Part shown: positions 1 to 8,468 of the stretch, in pieces
Layout of the letters: every line of letters starts with the position of its first letter
Numbering within the stretch: the stretch's first letter is position 1
Source of the DNA: an uncultured virus (IMG/VR IMGVR_UViG_3300013232_000005)
Lineage: Duplodnaviria; Heunggongvirae; Uroviricota; Caudoviricetes
IMG/VR virus record: IMGVR_UViG_3300013232_000005
Coordinates: 45,006-65,005 of that record
Length of the DNA: 20,000 nt
Strand: one strand, 5' to 3'
Translations under genes and position numbers: made by a program
The notes under the pieces: generated by a model
Told to the model about the DNA's origin: nothing
Databases searched by the model: none
What the model saw: only the letters and a program-made list of their open reading frames with translations

Positions 1-2
1 AC

Positions 3-1502
3 ACTGCCTACGAGTATGACGAAGCTGTTGGGCTGGCCTATGGGTCGGCCTTCAAGATGCAGCTCAAGCTTGGCCCGATCAAAGAGCCGCCGCCACCATC
101 CGGCAGCTCAAGCAATGTGGATCGCATCAAAAATTATCTGGCGAAGCTGTCCGCCGAATTAACGGGGAACACGCCACGCAACAATGCCATCAAGCTCAAG
201 CTTGCGTATGCTGGCACTGAAGCGCTTCTGGCGAGAGCAAACGGCTCTGGCCCCGGCGAAGCTGCCTACTGGGATGCCTATGAGGCTGACCCTATTGCAG
301 ACCATACCGGAAGCATGAACCCTGTCGGCAAAGGTTGCCTGTACCACGGCAACCTTTTCTTCAGTCAGCCTCAAATCAAGTTCCCTGAGCCTTCCGTTGG
401 CGGGTGTGTCTCCTTCGACTTCTCGCCGCTGCAGAATGGCCGGTTCAAGGATAGCTACCCCCGATCAGACACGATCATGTTTGGCTACTACAGCGGTGAT
501 CAGCTGAAGGTTGCGAAGTATTTTCGGGAGGATCGCCAAAAGAATCCCGGCATCGAGAGCGACTTTGAAGAGTGCATGATTGTTGGCTCTTGGACGGCGG
601 TAGGAACAAACTCACCGTCCTATATCGCAGGCAACTTTTACACCAGCGACTTTGATGAGCGCGAAGAGATTGCGGCCAACTACACAACGACTCACATCAC
701 TGGCAAGGATCTCGGTTACGACACCCAGCCCTTGTTTCAGTTTGATGGGCCATTCCAAATGGCTGGCACGATGTTTCGAAACCGGTACTTTGGCCGCGTC
801 ATCAAAACCGTGAAGACGCAAGGCAGAGGGAAGACGGTCGCGCTGTGTATTCCGTATTTCTGTCGTGACGCAATCCATCACGGCATGCGCGACTTCGACA
901 CGGGCCAAGAAAGAACCGAGTCATCGGGCAGGGATTCGATAACAGACCCGTGGTCGTATCGATTTTGGACGTACGACTTTGTGTTTCACTGGTCAGGCGG
1001 GCTCACAAAGATGAGCGGCAAGCCTTTCCCAAAAAATGCAGATCCCGTCTGGGTTGAAGAGGAACATTATGCTGGTGGCGGCTGCAGCGATTTTGCCGAC
1101 CAAGGTTCATGGGTGAGCGGATTTCCTGCCGACTACACCTGGCTCATTCATCCGCACAAGAACGAATACAGGCTTGGCGGAGGTGGTGGCGCACCATCAT
1201 TTCCGGTCTATACAAAGACTACGTTTGCCTCTGCCAAGGAGAGCGGGCGAATGGATTTCAGCATTGACGAAAAGCTCTACACGCCGTTCAGCCTGCCGCC
1301 ACCGTCTGCATTCTTTGTGTCTTCGCCTTCACAGTTTGGATTTATTTACTACGACGATGCTGCGCGCGTGTGCATTGGCGAATCAGAGTACGTGAGCACA
1401 AGCGAGGGCATTGAAAGAGATGGAACCCGCAAGCATTGGGGCTACACCGTTCTTGCTGACAACAAATCAGCCCACCACTTCATAGGGGTTATCAATGGCT
1501 AG
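3..1502 (+). CDS. Phage hypothetical, probably structural protein (5'-truncated; the frame is open from the window edge)
   Basis: The frame of the 57..1502 ORF has no stop from position 3 (TAYEYDEAVGLAYGSAFK precedes the ATG at 57), so the true start is probably upstream of the window. Gly/aromatic-rich. Its 3' end overlaps the next start by 8 nt. Function inferred from context only. Confidence 0.75.
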   Translation, partial: TAYEYDEAVGLAYGSAFKMQLKLGPIKEPPPPSGSSSNVDRIKNYLAKLSAELTGNTPRNNAIKLKLAYAGTEALLARANGSGPGEAAYWDAYEADPIADHTGSMNPVGKGCLYHGNLFFSQPQIKFPEPSVGGCVSFDFSPLQNGRFKDSYPRSDTIMFGYYSGDQLKVAKYFREDRQKNPGIESDFEECMIVGSWTAVGTNSPSYIAGNFYTSDFDEREEIAANYTTTHITGKDLGYDTQPLFQFDGPFQMAGTMFRNRYFGRVIKTVKTQGRGKTVALCIPYFCRDAIHHGMRDFDTGQERTESSGRDSITDPWSYRFWTYDFVFHWSGGLTKMSGKPFPKNADPVWVEEEHYAGGGCSDFADQGSWVSGFPADYTWLIHPHKNEYRLGGGGGAPSFPVYTKTTFASAKESGRMDFSIDEKLYTPFSLPPPSAFFVSSPSQFGFIYYDDAARVCIGESEYVSTSEGIERDGTRKHWGYTVLADNKSAHHFIGVING

Positions 1503-2652
1503 CTACCGGGACGACACGCAAGAAACCGCCGTGGCGAGTAACACTATTATTTCAATGATCACGGGGCTTGCTCAGGAGGCCGCGAAGATCGCTGATGCGG
1601 TTCTGTTTGGCCTTTTGGTCATGCACTCGGCTTCGGCCTTGGCGGCAGATGAAGTGCTCGACAAACGGGTGGTTCTTACTGAAGAGTCTGCCCAGATCGC
1701 GGATCAGGTCATCGACCAGGCCGCTCTCTCCAATTTCTTTGGAGACTCGTTGCTGGTGACAGAACAGCTCTTCCAAAGGGTTGGCTCAGTAACAACTGAG
1801 TCGGCCACCGCTGCTGATGAGGTGTCAGACAACCTCCTGTCAATGGTGAGGGAATCCGCTGCGATCAGTGACACGATCATTGGGCAGCGCAGCGCCGTCT
1901 CAACAGTGCTTGATGCTGCTCGCATTTCAGATCGTGCCTTCCAAGCCGCAAACACTCTTGTCGTGGAATCAGCCCTTGCCGGCGACATACCCACTGGCAA
2001 GCTGCGTGCAGCGGTCCTGATTACCGACGCATTCCAGATTGAAGACTTCACCACTGGAGCCCTTCAGCTTGGCGCGATGCTGATCAAGGAAGTCGCCCAC
2101 GCAAGCGACTTGACTACAGGCCTGCTCACAGCCATCAATCTCATCAAGGATGGCGCGATCATCAGCGATGAGGTGATTCATGGTGATGGCGTATTCGGTC
2201 AGGCGTGGACAGCGAACTCTGTCAACTGGGCAATGAGCCGCTATTCCCCCTATGGGTTTACCTCATTGGCCGTGATTGGTGGTGTTCTATACGGATCAAA
2301 CTTGGACGGCGTATTCGCTCTTTCAGGTGGCGATGAAGACATCACCGCAAGCCTGCGAACCGGGAAGCTTGATCTCGGTCGCGGTGCCCTGGTCCATCCG
2401 CTTTATGCCTTCATGGAGTACGAGCTGGACGGAACATCTGAGATGGACGTGACGCAAACTCAGAGCGGTAACGCACAGACATACACGTATATCTTGCCGC
2501 CAGAAGCTTCACAGGAACTAACAAGCGGTCGATTCACTTTCGGTCGCGGCCTGCGCGGGCGTCACTTCAGCCTTGAGGTGCGCATCGTTGGCAAGCACGC
2601 AACCATCAACGATCTAAGCGTCGAGACGGCGCCTACCAAACGGAGAATCTAA
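1495..2652 (+). CDS. Phage virion protein, 385 aa: N-terminal degenerate repeat array plus a C-terminal beta domain reminiscent of podovirus tail/stabilization protein C-termini
   Basis: Long ORF coupled to both neighbours (TAATG overlap at 2650-2654). Twelve [ED]-x5-[DNE] repeats in aa 10-225. C-terminal RFTFGRGLRGRHFSLEV segment. Confidence 0.7.
   Translation: MASYRDDTQETAVASNTIISMITGLAQEAAKIADAVLFGLLVMHSASALAADEVLDKRVVLTEESAQIADQVIDQAALSNFFGDSLLVTEQLFQRVGSVTTESATAADEVSDNLLSMVRESAAISDTIIGQRSAVSTVLDAARISDRAFQAANTLVVESALAGDIPTGKLRAAVLITDAFQIEDFTTGALQLGAMLIKEVAHASDLTTGLLTAINLIKDGAIISDEVIHGDGVFGQAWTANSVNWAMSRYSPYGFTSLAVIGGVLYGSNLDGVFALSGGDEDITASLRTGKLDLGRGALVHPLYAFMEYELDGTSEMDVTQTQSGNAQTYTYILPPEASQELTSGRFTFGRGLRGRHFSLEVRIVGKHATINDLSVETAPTKRRI
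1522..2169 (+). repeat. Protein-level tandem repeat: 12 units of 18-21 aa, consensus approx. [ED]SAxIxD
   Basis: Units QETAVASN, QEAAKIAD, SASALAAD, EESAQIAD, GDSLLVTE, TESATAAD, RESAAISD, LDAARISD, VESALAGD, TDAFQIED, KEVAHASD, KDGAIISD, at spacings of 18,18,18,20,18,18,20,18,20,21,20 aa. Confidence 0.75.
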
Positions 2653-4535
2653 TGGGCATTGCACCTGACAGCATCTTGGGGCAGGCGGTATCGACCGTAA
2701 CCCAGACCATTGATGAGATGTCGGCCATGGCTGACAACTACAGCAACAAGCTCTCTGTAGCGCTGGCAAACATTGGCAACATCAAGGTGGCTGAGATTCA
2801 GCCGCCAACAAGGCTTCAAGCTCCAACAGCCAAGCCTCCTTCTATCGCGCTTGGCTCTATTCCAGTGTATTCGGCTACGCCGCTGAGAATGCCGGTGGAG
2901 CCGCCTGGATTCGAGATAGATTTTGGAAACCTCGATATCGATATAGGCACGATGCCAACGGCACCGGAGGTGTTCGCAATTGACATCCCTGAAGCGCCGG
3001 CACTGGCCAGCATAGATGCACCCTTGCGACCAACGATTGACACCACCATCGTTTTGCCTGATGCACCCAACATCACGCTGCCAGACATGGAAGGACTGGA
3101 GAAGCTGAACATTCCAGCGTTTGAGTTTCCAGACCTTCCTACTTTCGATGCGGTGGCCCCATCCACTGCCGGCATCACGATCCCGAGCGTGTTCATCAAC
3201 TGGGCCAACCCGGTCTATGTATCTGAGGTTCTGGATGAGCTGAAGGCACAGGTCATCAGCATGATGAGCGGCGGCACCGGCTTGCCGCCAGCAGTGGAAG
3301 ACGCGCTTTTTTCCCGCGCTCGTGAACGCGATCGCGCAGAGACAGATCGGACTGTGCAAGAGGCTGTTGATGTTTGGGCTGGGCGCAACTTCTCCATGCC
3401 TCCTGGCATGCTGGTCAAGCAAGCCAACGTCATTCGCGAGCAGGGCCGACTCAAAGCGGCTGAGACGAACCGCGACATCATGGTGGAGGCTGCGAAGTGG
3501 GAAATTGAAAACCTACGCTTTGCGGTTCAGCAGGGTATGGCTCTTGAGCAGCTGACGACGAACATGTTTGAGAACATGGTCAAGCGCTTGTTCGAGGTCG
3601 CCAAGTTCGAAGCTGAGGCTCGCATCAACGTCTTCAATGCCCAGATCTCGCTCTTCAATGCGCAGAACAGCGCCTTTGCCACGCTGGCGCAGGTGTATCG
3701 CACCAAGCTTGATGGCGCGATATCCAAGCTCACCGCCTACAAAACGGCGGTGGAGGGCCAAGTCGCTATCGGTCAGATCAATCAGCAGCGTGTTGAGGTC
3801 TACAAGGCCAAGCTTGACGCTGTTCAGTCTGCTGTTGAGGTCTACAAGGCAACGGTGCAAGGTGCGCAAGTTCGCGCCGAGACGATCAAGAACCAGTTCG
3901 ACGCCTACCGCTCAGAAGTGCAAGCCTTTGGTGAGCAGATCAATGCCGAGAAGCTGAAGTTCGACGCCTATGAATCGCGCATCAAGGGTGAAGCGGCAAA
4001 GGCTGGTATGTACGACACACAGGCCAAGGCCTACGCGGCTACCGTCCAAGGGCTATCAAGCCAAGCGGATATCAAGGTCAAGGCGGCACAGCTTCAAATT
4101 GAGGGTGCGCGGGCGAAGGTTGCCAAATATTTGGCTGATGTCGATGGATTCAAGGCAAAGATTGACGCCAATCTGCGCGAGGTTCAATACGGGACAGAGG
4201 TTTACCGGTCGCTCATTGAAGGATGGAAGGCAGGCGCCAATGCCAATATCGCAAGCGCCGAAATGGAATCCAGATTCGCAGACAGCACCACTCGCACCAA
4301 CATTGCATTTGCTGAGTTGCAGGTGACCGAGTACTCATCCAAGATGCAGAACGCCGTTCAGCAGGCGAACATTGCGCTGGATGCAAGCAAGGCTATTGGC
4401 CAATACACGGCACAGCTTGCATCGGGAGCTATGTCAGCTGCTCACGTCTCTGCATCGATCAGCGGATCTGGTAGCGCCAATTCGTCTGAAAGCAAATCGA
4501 CCAGCACTGGCACCAGCTACAACTACAACTACTAA
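2652..4535 (+). CDS. Phage virion protein, 627 aa: Pro-rich extended N-terminal region followed by a long Ala/Gln/Lys-rich coiled coil (candidate internal/DNA-delivery protein)
   Basis: Long ORF with a TAATG overlap at its start. Pro-periodic aa ~50-190, then heptad-like helical sequence. Ser-rich tail ending SYNYNY. Confidence 0.75.
   Translation: MGIAPDSILGQAVSTVTQTIDEMSAMADNYSNKLSVALANIGNIKVAEIQPPTRLQAPTAKPPSIALGSIPVYSATPLRMPVEPPGFEIDFGNLDIDIGTMPTAPEVFAIDIPEAPALASIDAPLRPTIDTTIVLPDAPNITLPDMEGLEKLNIPAFEFPDLPTFDAVAPSTAGITIPSVFINWANPVYVSEVLDELKAQVISMMSGGTGLPPAVEDALFSRARERDRAETDRTVQEAVDVWAGRNFSMPPGMLVKQANVIREQGRLKAAETNRDIMVEAAKWEIENLRFAVQQGMALEQLTTNMFENMVKRLFEVAKFEAEARINVFNAQISLFNAQNSAFATLAQVYRTKLDGAISKLTAYKTAVEGQVAIGQINQQRVEVYKAKLDAVQSAVEVYKATVQGAQVRAETIKNQFDAYRSEVQAFGEQINAEKLKFDAYESRIKGEAAKAGMYDTQAKAYAATVQGLSSQADIKVKAAQLQIEGARAKVAKYLADVDGFKAKIDANLREVQYGTEVYRSLIEGWKAGANANIASAEMESRFADSTTRTNIAFAELQVTEYSSKMQNAVQQANIALDASKAIGQYTAQLASGAMSAAHVSASISGSGSANSSESKSTSTGTSYNYNY
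3791..3850 (+). repeat. 18-bp direct repeat TGTTGAGGTCTACAAGGC (3791-3808 and 3833-3850), period 42 nt
   Basis: Exact copies, each encoding VEVYKA. The 14-aa period equals two heptads. Confidence 0.85.
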
Positions 4536-4547
4536 CGGAGGTATCGA

Positions 4548-6368
4548 ATGGTTGACCGCACTCAAATAGCAGCTGGGGTTCTCACCAATCCAGCCATATG
4601 GAACCCTGCTGGCGTACCTGGGCAAACAGACAAGGCGATCCTTGGGCCGTATGCCCTTGAGGTTCCCGCAAACTATGCCTGGTTGGTTGGAGGTATCACA
4701 GATGCTGGCTCGGATGACAGCAATCGCTCTCACATCACATGGAAGCCCGGCTCAAGCCTCAAGCTATTTGGAGAGTGGGCACACGGGGCTTGGAACAACT
4801 CTACCGTAGACGGCGCAGTGATTTGGGATCTTAACGGCTACCCAATCAAGTACGACTACTTCGGTGGAGCACCGCACAATCGAATTTCTCATATCAATGG
4901 CAGCTACACAGCTCTGTTTGAGGTAGAGAACTCAGGGGCACATACCTTCGTTGGCGCGCCTGATGGCACCGCCATGTATGCAGACTGTGACCTTGAGTTC
5001 TTTGTTTGCACGGGGGTCGATTGGTGTATTGGCGGTAGTTATTTTGGCGGCAATAGCCTGCGCCTTAAGAACTGCGTATTCAATGGCGGCTTTGTGACCA
5101 ACGATGGCGTGATTCACTACGCCTCAGACATCTCCATTGAGGATTGTGACTTCAGAGGATGCACCGCTACTCGCGAATCGCAGGACGGCGAGCCGATGGT
5201 TTCCCGCCTGAGATGGGGCTGGCCCGGTGACGAGCCGATCACCGGGGCGAGATCCTTCAAGCGCTGCACTTTCTCGGCCCACAACCAAACCTCAACATCA
5301 TTGAGCCTGTATGTGGACAAGGTGGATTCATTTAGCCCTGAGTACATTTACCTTGATCGCATACAGCTGAAGGCCCACAACTACCCAAAGACCGCATGGA
5401 ACAATCTTTTTGTGCGCCACGTTGGAAATTTTGGCGCAACGAACGGTGCGCCAAGTGGCGGAATACCAATCAACTTTACCGTAATCACTGGCGACAACGA
5501 CAACCCAAAACCATTTTGGAATTGGGATGGCGTATGGAATGATTGCGTATGGGAGCAGCTGCCATTCGTTGGAACCTACGACGCGGGCGACTATTTCAAC
5601 GCGCTTGATGGTCGCACGGTAATACTGAATAGGCCGGTAATTATCGACGGCCTTGGTTCTGGTGTATTCAACGCACTAACCAGCCCGCGAGGCGGCACCT
5701 ACAAGATCAATAACGGCACTATCGTTATTTCCGAAATGCATCACCCTACAAACGGATTAATCCGAAACGAGGGGAGCGGGACGTTCTACGGCGCAACACT
5801 GGAGATGTGGTCCTCAATTTACTACGTCGATTCCAATCCAAGCGGAAACCCTAATATTCGCGTTTTTAACTTCGAGACGGCGGGAGCTGATCAAGTCACA
5901 GGCTTTGACTTTAATTCCTACTGCAACGTTAGCCCAGACCCCGCGTTTGTGTACTTCAATGTTGTCAGCACAACCATGAACATTGGCGACCCTGGCTTTG
6001 GTCAAAATGATTGGATCAACCCTCCACCGCCAAACTTTGTCGATGTTAAGCGCGGCATCGTTAAATGGGGTGCTCTGTACGGCAAAGTTGGCTACGAAGA
6101 AACCATTGAGTTTTTAATCAATGGCGTAAATGGATATAACCCTGCCACGGGCAAGCAAGATCCCGCACTGATCACCGGCCTAACCGTTGATGATGTTGCT
6201 GACTATATTCGCGCTGGATTGGCGCCACGCAATGCCATTTACAAAAATTCCGGCAAGCTAGGCGTGACTCGCGGTGCAATCGAGTGGGTGCCGTCCGACA
6301 ACGACTCGGCTCCTTACCTGCAAAACAGTTCTTTAACCACTTACATTCTACGGAGCATATCGCTATGA
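4548..6368 (+). CDS. 606-aa beta-rich protein (possible parallel beta-helix, tailspike or adhesin-like), accessory
   Basis: Strong RBS GGAGGT at 4537-4542. Rich in Asn/Gly/aromatic residues with strand-turn patterns (LKNCVF, IEDCDF, FKRCTF, WNDCVW). Sampled lines are about 48% GC, lower than the giant gene. Confidence 0.65.
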   Translation: MVDRTQIAAGVLTNPAIWNPAGVPGQTDKAILGPYALEVPANYAWLVGGITDAGSDDSNRSHITWKPGSSLKLFGEWAHGAWNNSTVDGAVIWDLNGYPIKYDYFGGAPHNRISHINGSYTALFEVENSGAHTFVGAPDGTAMYADCDLEFFVCTGVDWCIGGSYFGGNSLRLKNCVFNGGFVTNDGVIHYASDISIEDCDFRGCTATRESQDGEPMVSRLRWGWPGDEPITGARSFKRCTFSAHNQTSTSLSLYVDKVDSFSPEYIYLDRIQLKAHNYPKTAWNNLFVRHVGNFGATNGAPSGGIPINFTVITGDNDNPKPFWNWDGVWNDCVWEQLPFVGTYDAGDYFNALDGRTVILNRPVIIDGLGSGVFNALTSPRGGTYKINNGTIVISEMHHPTNGLIRNEGSGTFYGATLEMWSSIYYVDSNPSGNPNIRVFNFETAGADQVTGFDFNSYCNVSPDPAFVYFNVVSTTMNIGDPGFGQNDWINPPPPNFVDVKRGIVKWGALYGKVGYEETIEFLINGVNGYNPATGKQDPALITGLTVDDVADYIRAGLAPRNAIYKNSGKLGVTRGAIEWVPSDNDSAPYLQNSSLTTYILRSISL

Positions 6369-6658
6369 GTTATGAAGCCCAAACCAACGCCACCAATGTC
6401 GGCGCAAACAAGGATATCTTTCTGAAAGGAAAGGGCACCTATTCGAAAACCCTGATCAGATTCAAGGGTTCGACATCTGGCAACGTTACGGTGACCGCAA
6501 GAGTGAAAGGCGGCACAAGATTCAACGCTGTCACCGATGGAGTAGTCGATCTTTCTGCCAAAGACTATGCGTCGATCCTCAACATTTCTGTTGATGCGAT
6601 TCACGTTGCATACGATGGCGTTGCTCAGCTTGATGTTGAGGTGCTTCAAACCCCGTAA
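6365..6658 (+). CDS. Small beta-strand-rich phage protein, 97 aa
   Basis: ATG at 6365 overlaps the upstream TGA (ATGA) and is preceded by GGAG, so it is preferred over the ORF-track start at 6284. Sequence MSYEAQTN...EVLQTP with alternating hydrophobic strands. Confidence 0.7.
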   Translation: MSYEAQTNATNVGANKDIFLKGKGTYSKTLIRFKGSTSGNVTVTARVKGGTRFNAVTDGVVDLSAKDYASILNISVDAIHVAYDGVAQLDVEVLQTP

Positions 6659-6676
6659 CCAGACGCCCGATGCCCA

Positions 6677-6716
6677 CCCTGTAGGGCTGGCTCTGTGATG
6701 CCACGAACCGGAAGAT
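6677..6716 (+). promoter_or_regulatory. Conserved intergenic motif copy 1 (CCCTGTAGGGCTGGCTC) plus -10-like GAAGAT; putative late promoter
   Basis: 16/17 match to 19209-19225. Contains the dyad CCCT-GT-AGGG. An nAnnnT hexamer starts 34 nt after the motif start in both copies. Confidence 0.5.
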
Positions 6717-6752
6717 GTACCGGTTCAAGTCGCACATCACAGGGGCAGACCC

Positions 6753-8468
6753 ATGCACGGATTCAAAGCGAGTGCTAAGCGCACTCAACCTCAGAAGCTA
6801 GCAAATGGGGGCCGTGTAAGTGGCCCCGGTACAGGCACATCTGACTCCATCAAGGCGGAAGTGCCGGAAGGCAGCTACATCATGCCTGCCGACTCTACCG
6901 CCCAGCTCGGTGAGCAAGCTCTTGCCGGAATGGGTGGCAGCGTTCCCGTTAACCTCAGTGATGGCGAGTACCAGCTGCCACCTGAGCAGGTTCACGCTGT
7001 TGGCGTTCAGGCGCTCAACCAAGTCAAAGATGCGACCCACGCACCGGTAGGCCAGCAGGCTGATGGTGGCCTTGGGTTCAAGCCGAATTCAGCCAAAACT
7101 GAAGGCGATGAGCCAGAGCTGTTCTTTGCGAATGGCGGGGCCGTCAACGATGACGAGTACAAGCGCGCTCTCGCCAGACAAGTACAGAACACGATCTCTC
7201 CTGGTACTGGATACCTCAATGCCGACATGGGTGCCGGTGCTCTCAAAGCTGCTGCCGGCACTGTCGCCGCGCCGTTTGCTGCCTTGATTGATGCGGGCTA
7301 TGACGCGCGCAACTCCCTGCTGGATGCCGATCCTGCCAAAAGCGCTGGCGGCAATGGCAAGTTCTTCTCTGCTGCTGCCGACACCGCAAAGCAGGGTATT
7401 GAGCAGGTTGGTCAGGGGTTCAAGACATCCCGCACTGACATGCGCAACGATCTCGGCCTTGATGCCGCAAAGCCTTCAGCTCCAGCTGCCAGCCCTGTTC
7501 AAGCGCCACCAGTTCAGGCAACCCCAGCTTCAGCTGCGCCAGTCTCTCCAGCTCAGCAGCCTATTCAGCAGTCTGTTCAGACTCCCGCATCCAGCGAGAT
7601 AGCCCCCGCAGGCTTCACCTCGCAAGCAGGGAACAACGTCACCCGCGTTGGCAACAGCTACTCTGGCTCCAACATCACCGAAGGCTTCACGATCAACGGC
7701 CAGCCTCAATCAAGAGGCGGCTACATGGTTACTCCGGGAGACAAGCCAGCTGCAGCCGCACCGCAACCAGCTGCAGCAGGGTTCACTCCTGGTGGTGGCC
7801 CAAGCGTCACCGTGATTGGTGACAGCTCTCGTGCTGATTCTGACCGCCAGAAGCTCATGAATGCCGCGAGCACTCCCTATGGTGGATCGCCAAACGGCCA
7901 GCTCACCGCGAACCAGTTGAACGTGATGCGCAATACGCTTGACGGCGAAAACCGTGACTCGACCGCCCGTTACGTCAACGACCAAAACAACAGCGGCCAG
8001 CTGGCACAGGCACAGCTGCGCGAGTCTGGTGCGAACGAGCGGGCAGCGATTCAGGAGTCGGGCGCGAATTCTCGTGCAGCTGCAAACAACAGCATCGAGC
8101 AGCAAAAGGTTGCGGGTGATCTTGAGGCTCGCGGCTTTCAATCTCGCGCCCTTGCTCGTCAGGAAAAGCTCTACGCCAAATATGAAGCGGCAGCACCTGA
8201 AGAGCGCACAGCCATCGCCCAGCAGATTCGCGAACTTAGCGGAAGAGAAGCCCCGAACAAGTTCACCGTTGTGCCTGGTGGTCAAGAGATCGTGGATGGG
8301 GTGTCGGTCACTCGTCCTTCAATGGTCTTGGACAACCAAACCGGTACGTTCATGCAGCAGCCTCAACAGGGTGGCGGTCAGCGACCCCCGCAGGTTGGCG
8401 AACAGCGTGGAGCTTACAAATTCAAAGGCGGTAATCCTGCCGATCAGAAGAACTGGGAGAAGATTTAA
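6753..8468 (+). CDS. Probable internal virion/ejection protein, 571 aa
   Basis: N-terminal ANGGRVSGPGTGTSDSI...LSDGEY motif, a type seen in tape-measure and internal virion proteins. Low-complexity Ala/Gln/Pro middle. C-terminal YKFKGGNPADQKNWEKI. TAATG overlap with the giant gene. Confidence 0.7.
   Translation: MHGFKASAKRTQPQKLANGGRVSGPGTGTSDSIKAEVPEGSYIMPADSTAQLGEQALAGMGGSVPVNLSDGEYQLPPEQVHAVGVQALNQVKDATHAPVGQQADGGLGFKPNSAKTEGDEPELFFANGGAVNDDEYKRALARQVQNTISPGTGYLNADMGAGALKAAAGTVAAPFAALIDAGYDARNSLLDADPAKSAGGNGKFFSAAADTAKQGIEQVGQGFKTSRTDMRNDLGLDAAKPSAPAASPVQAPPVQATPASAAPVSPAQQPIQQSVQTPASSEIAPAGFTSQAGNNVTRVGNSYSGSNITEGFTINGQPQSRGGYMVTPGDKPAAAAPQPAAAGFTPGGGPSVTVIGDSSRADSDRQKLMNAASTPYGGSPNGQLTANQLNVMRNTLDGENRDSTARYVNDQNNSGQLAQAQLRESGANERAAIQESGANSRAAANNSIEQQKVAGDLEARGFQSRALARQEKLYAKYEAAAPEERTAIAQQIRELSGREAPNKFTVVPGGQEIVDGVSVTRPSMVLDNQTGTFMQQPQQGGGQRPPQVGEQRGAYKFKGGNPADQKNWEKI

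Noticed and set aside
4517..4533. CTACAA short tandem repeat as a phase-variable tract
   Set aside because: Fewer than three full units, in frame, and simply encodes YNYNY.
6284..6364. ORF-track start at 6284 for the small protein
   Set aside because: It would overlap the 606-aa gene by 85 nt; ATG 6365 has an RBS and an ATGA coupling.
6705..6726. GAACCGG-N8-CCGGTTC inverted repeat as a terminator
   Set aside because: No U-tract and no counterpart at the second motif copy. It overlaps the putative -10 box and might be an operator, but there is no support.
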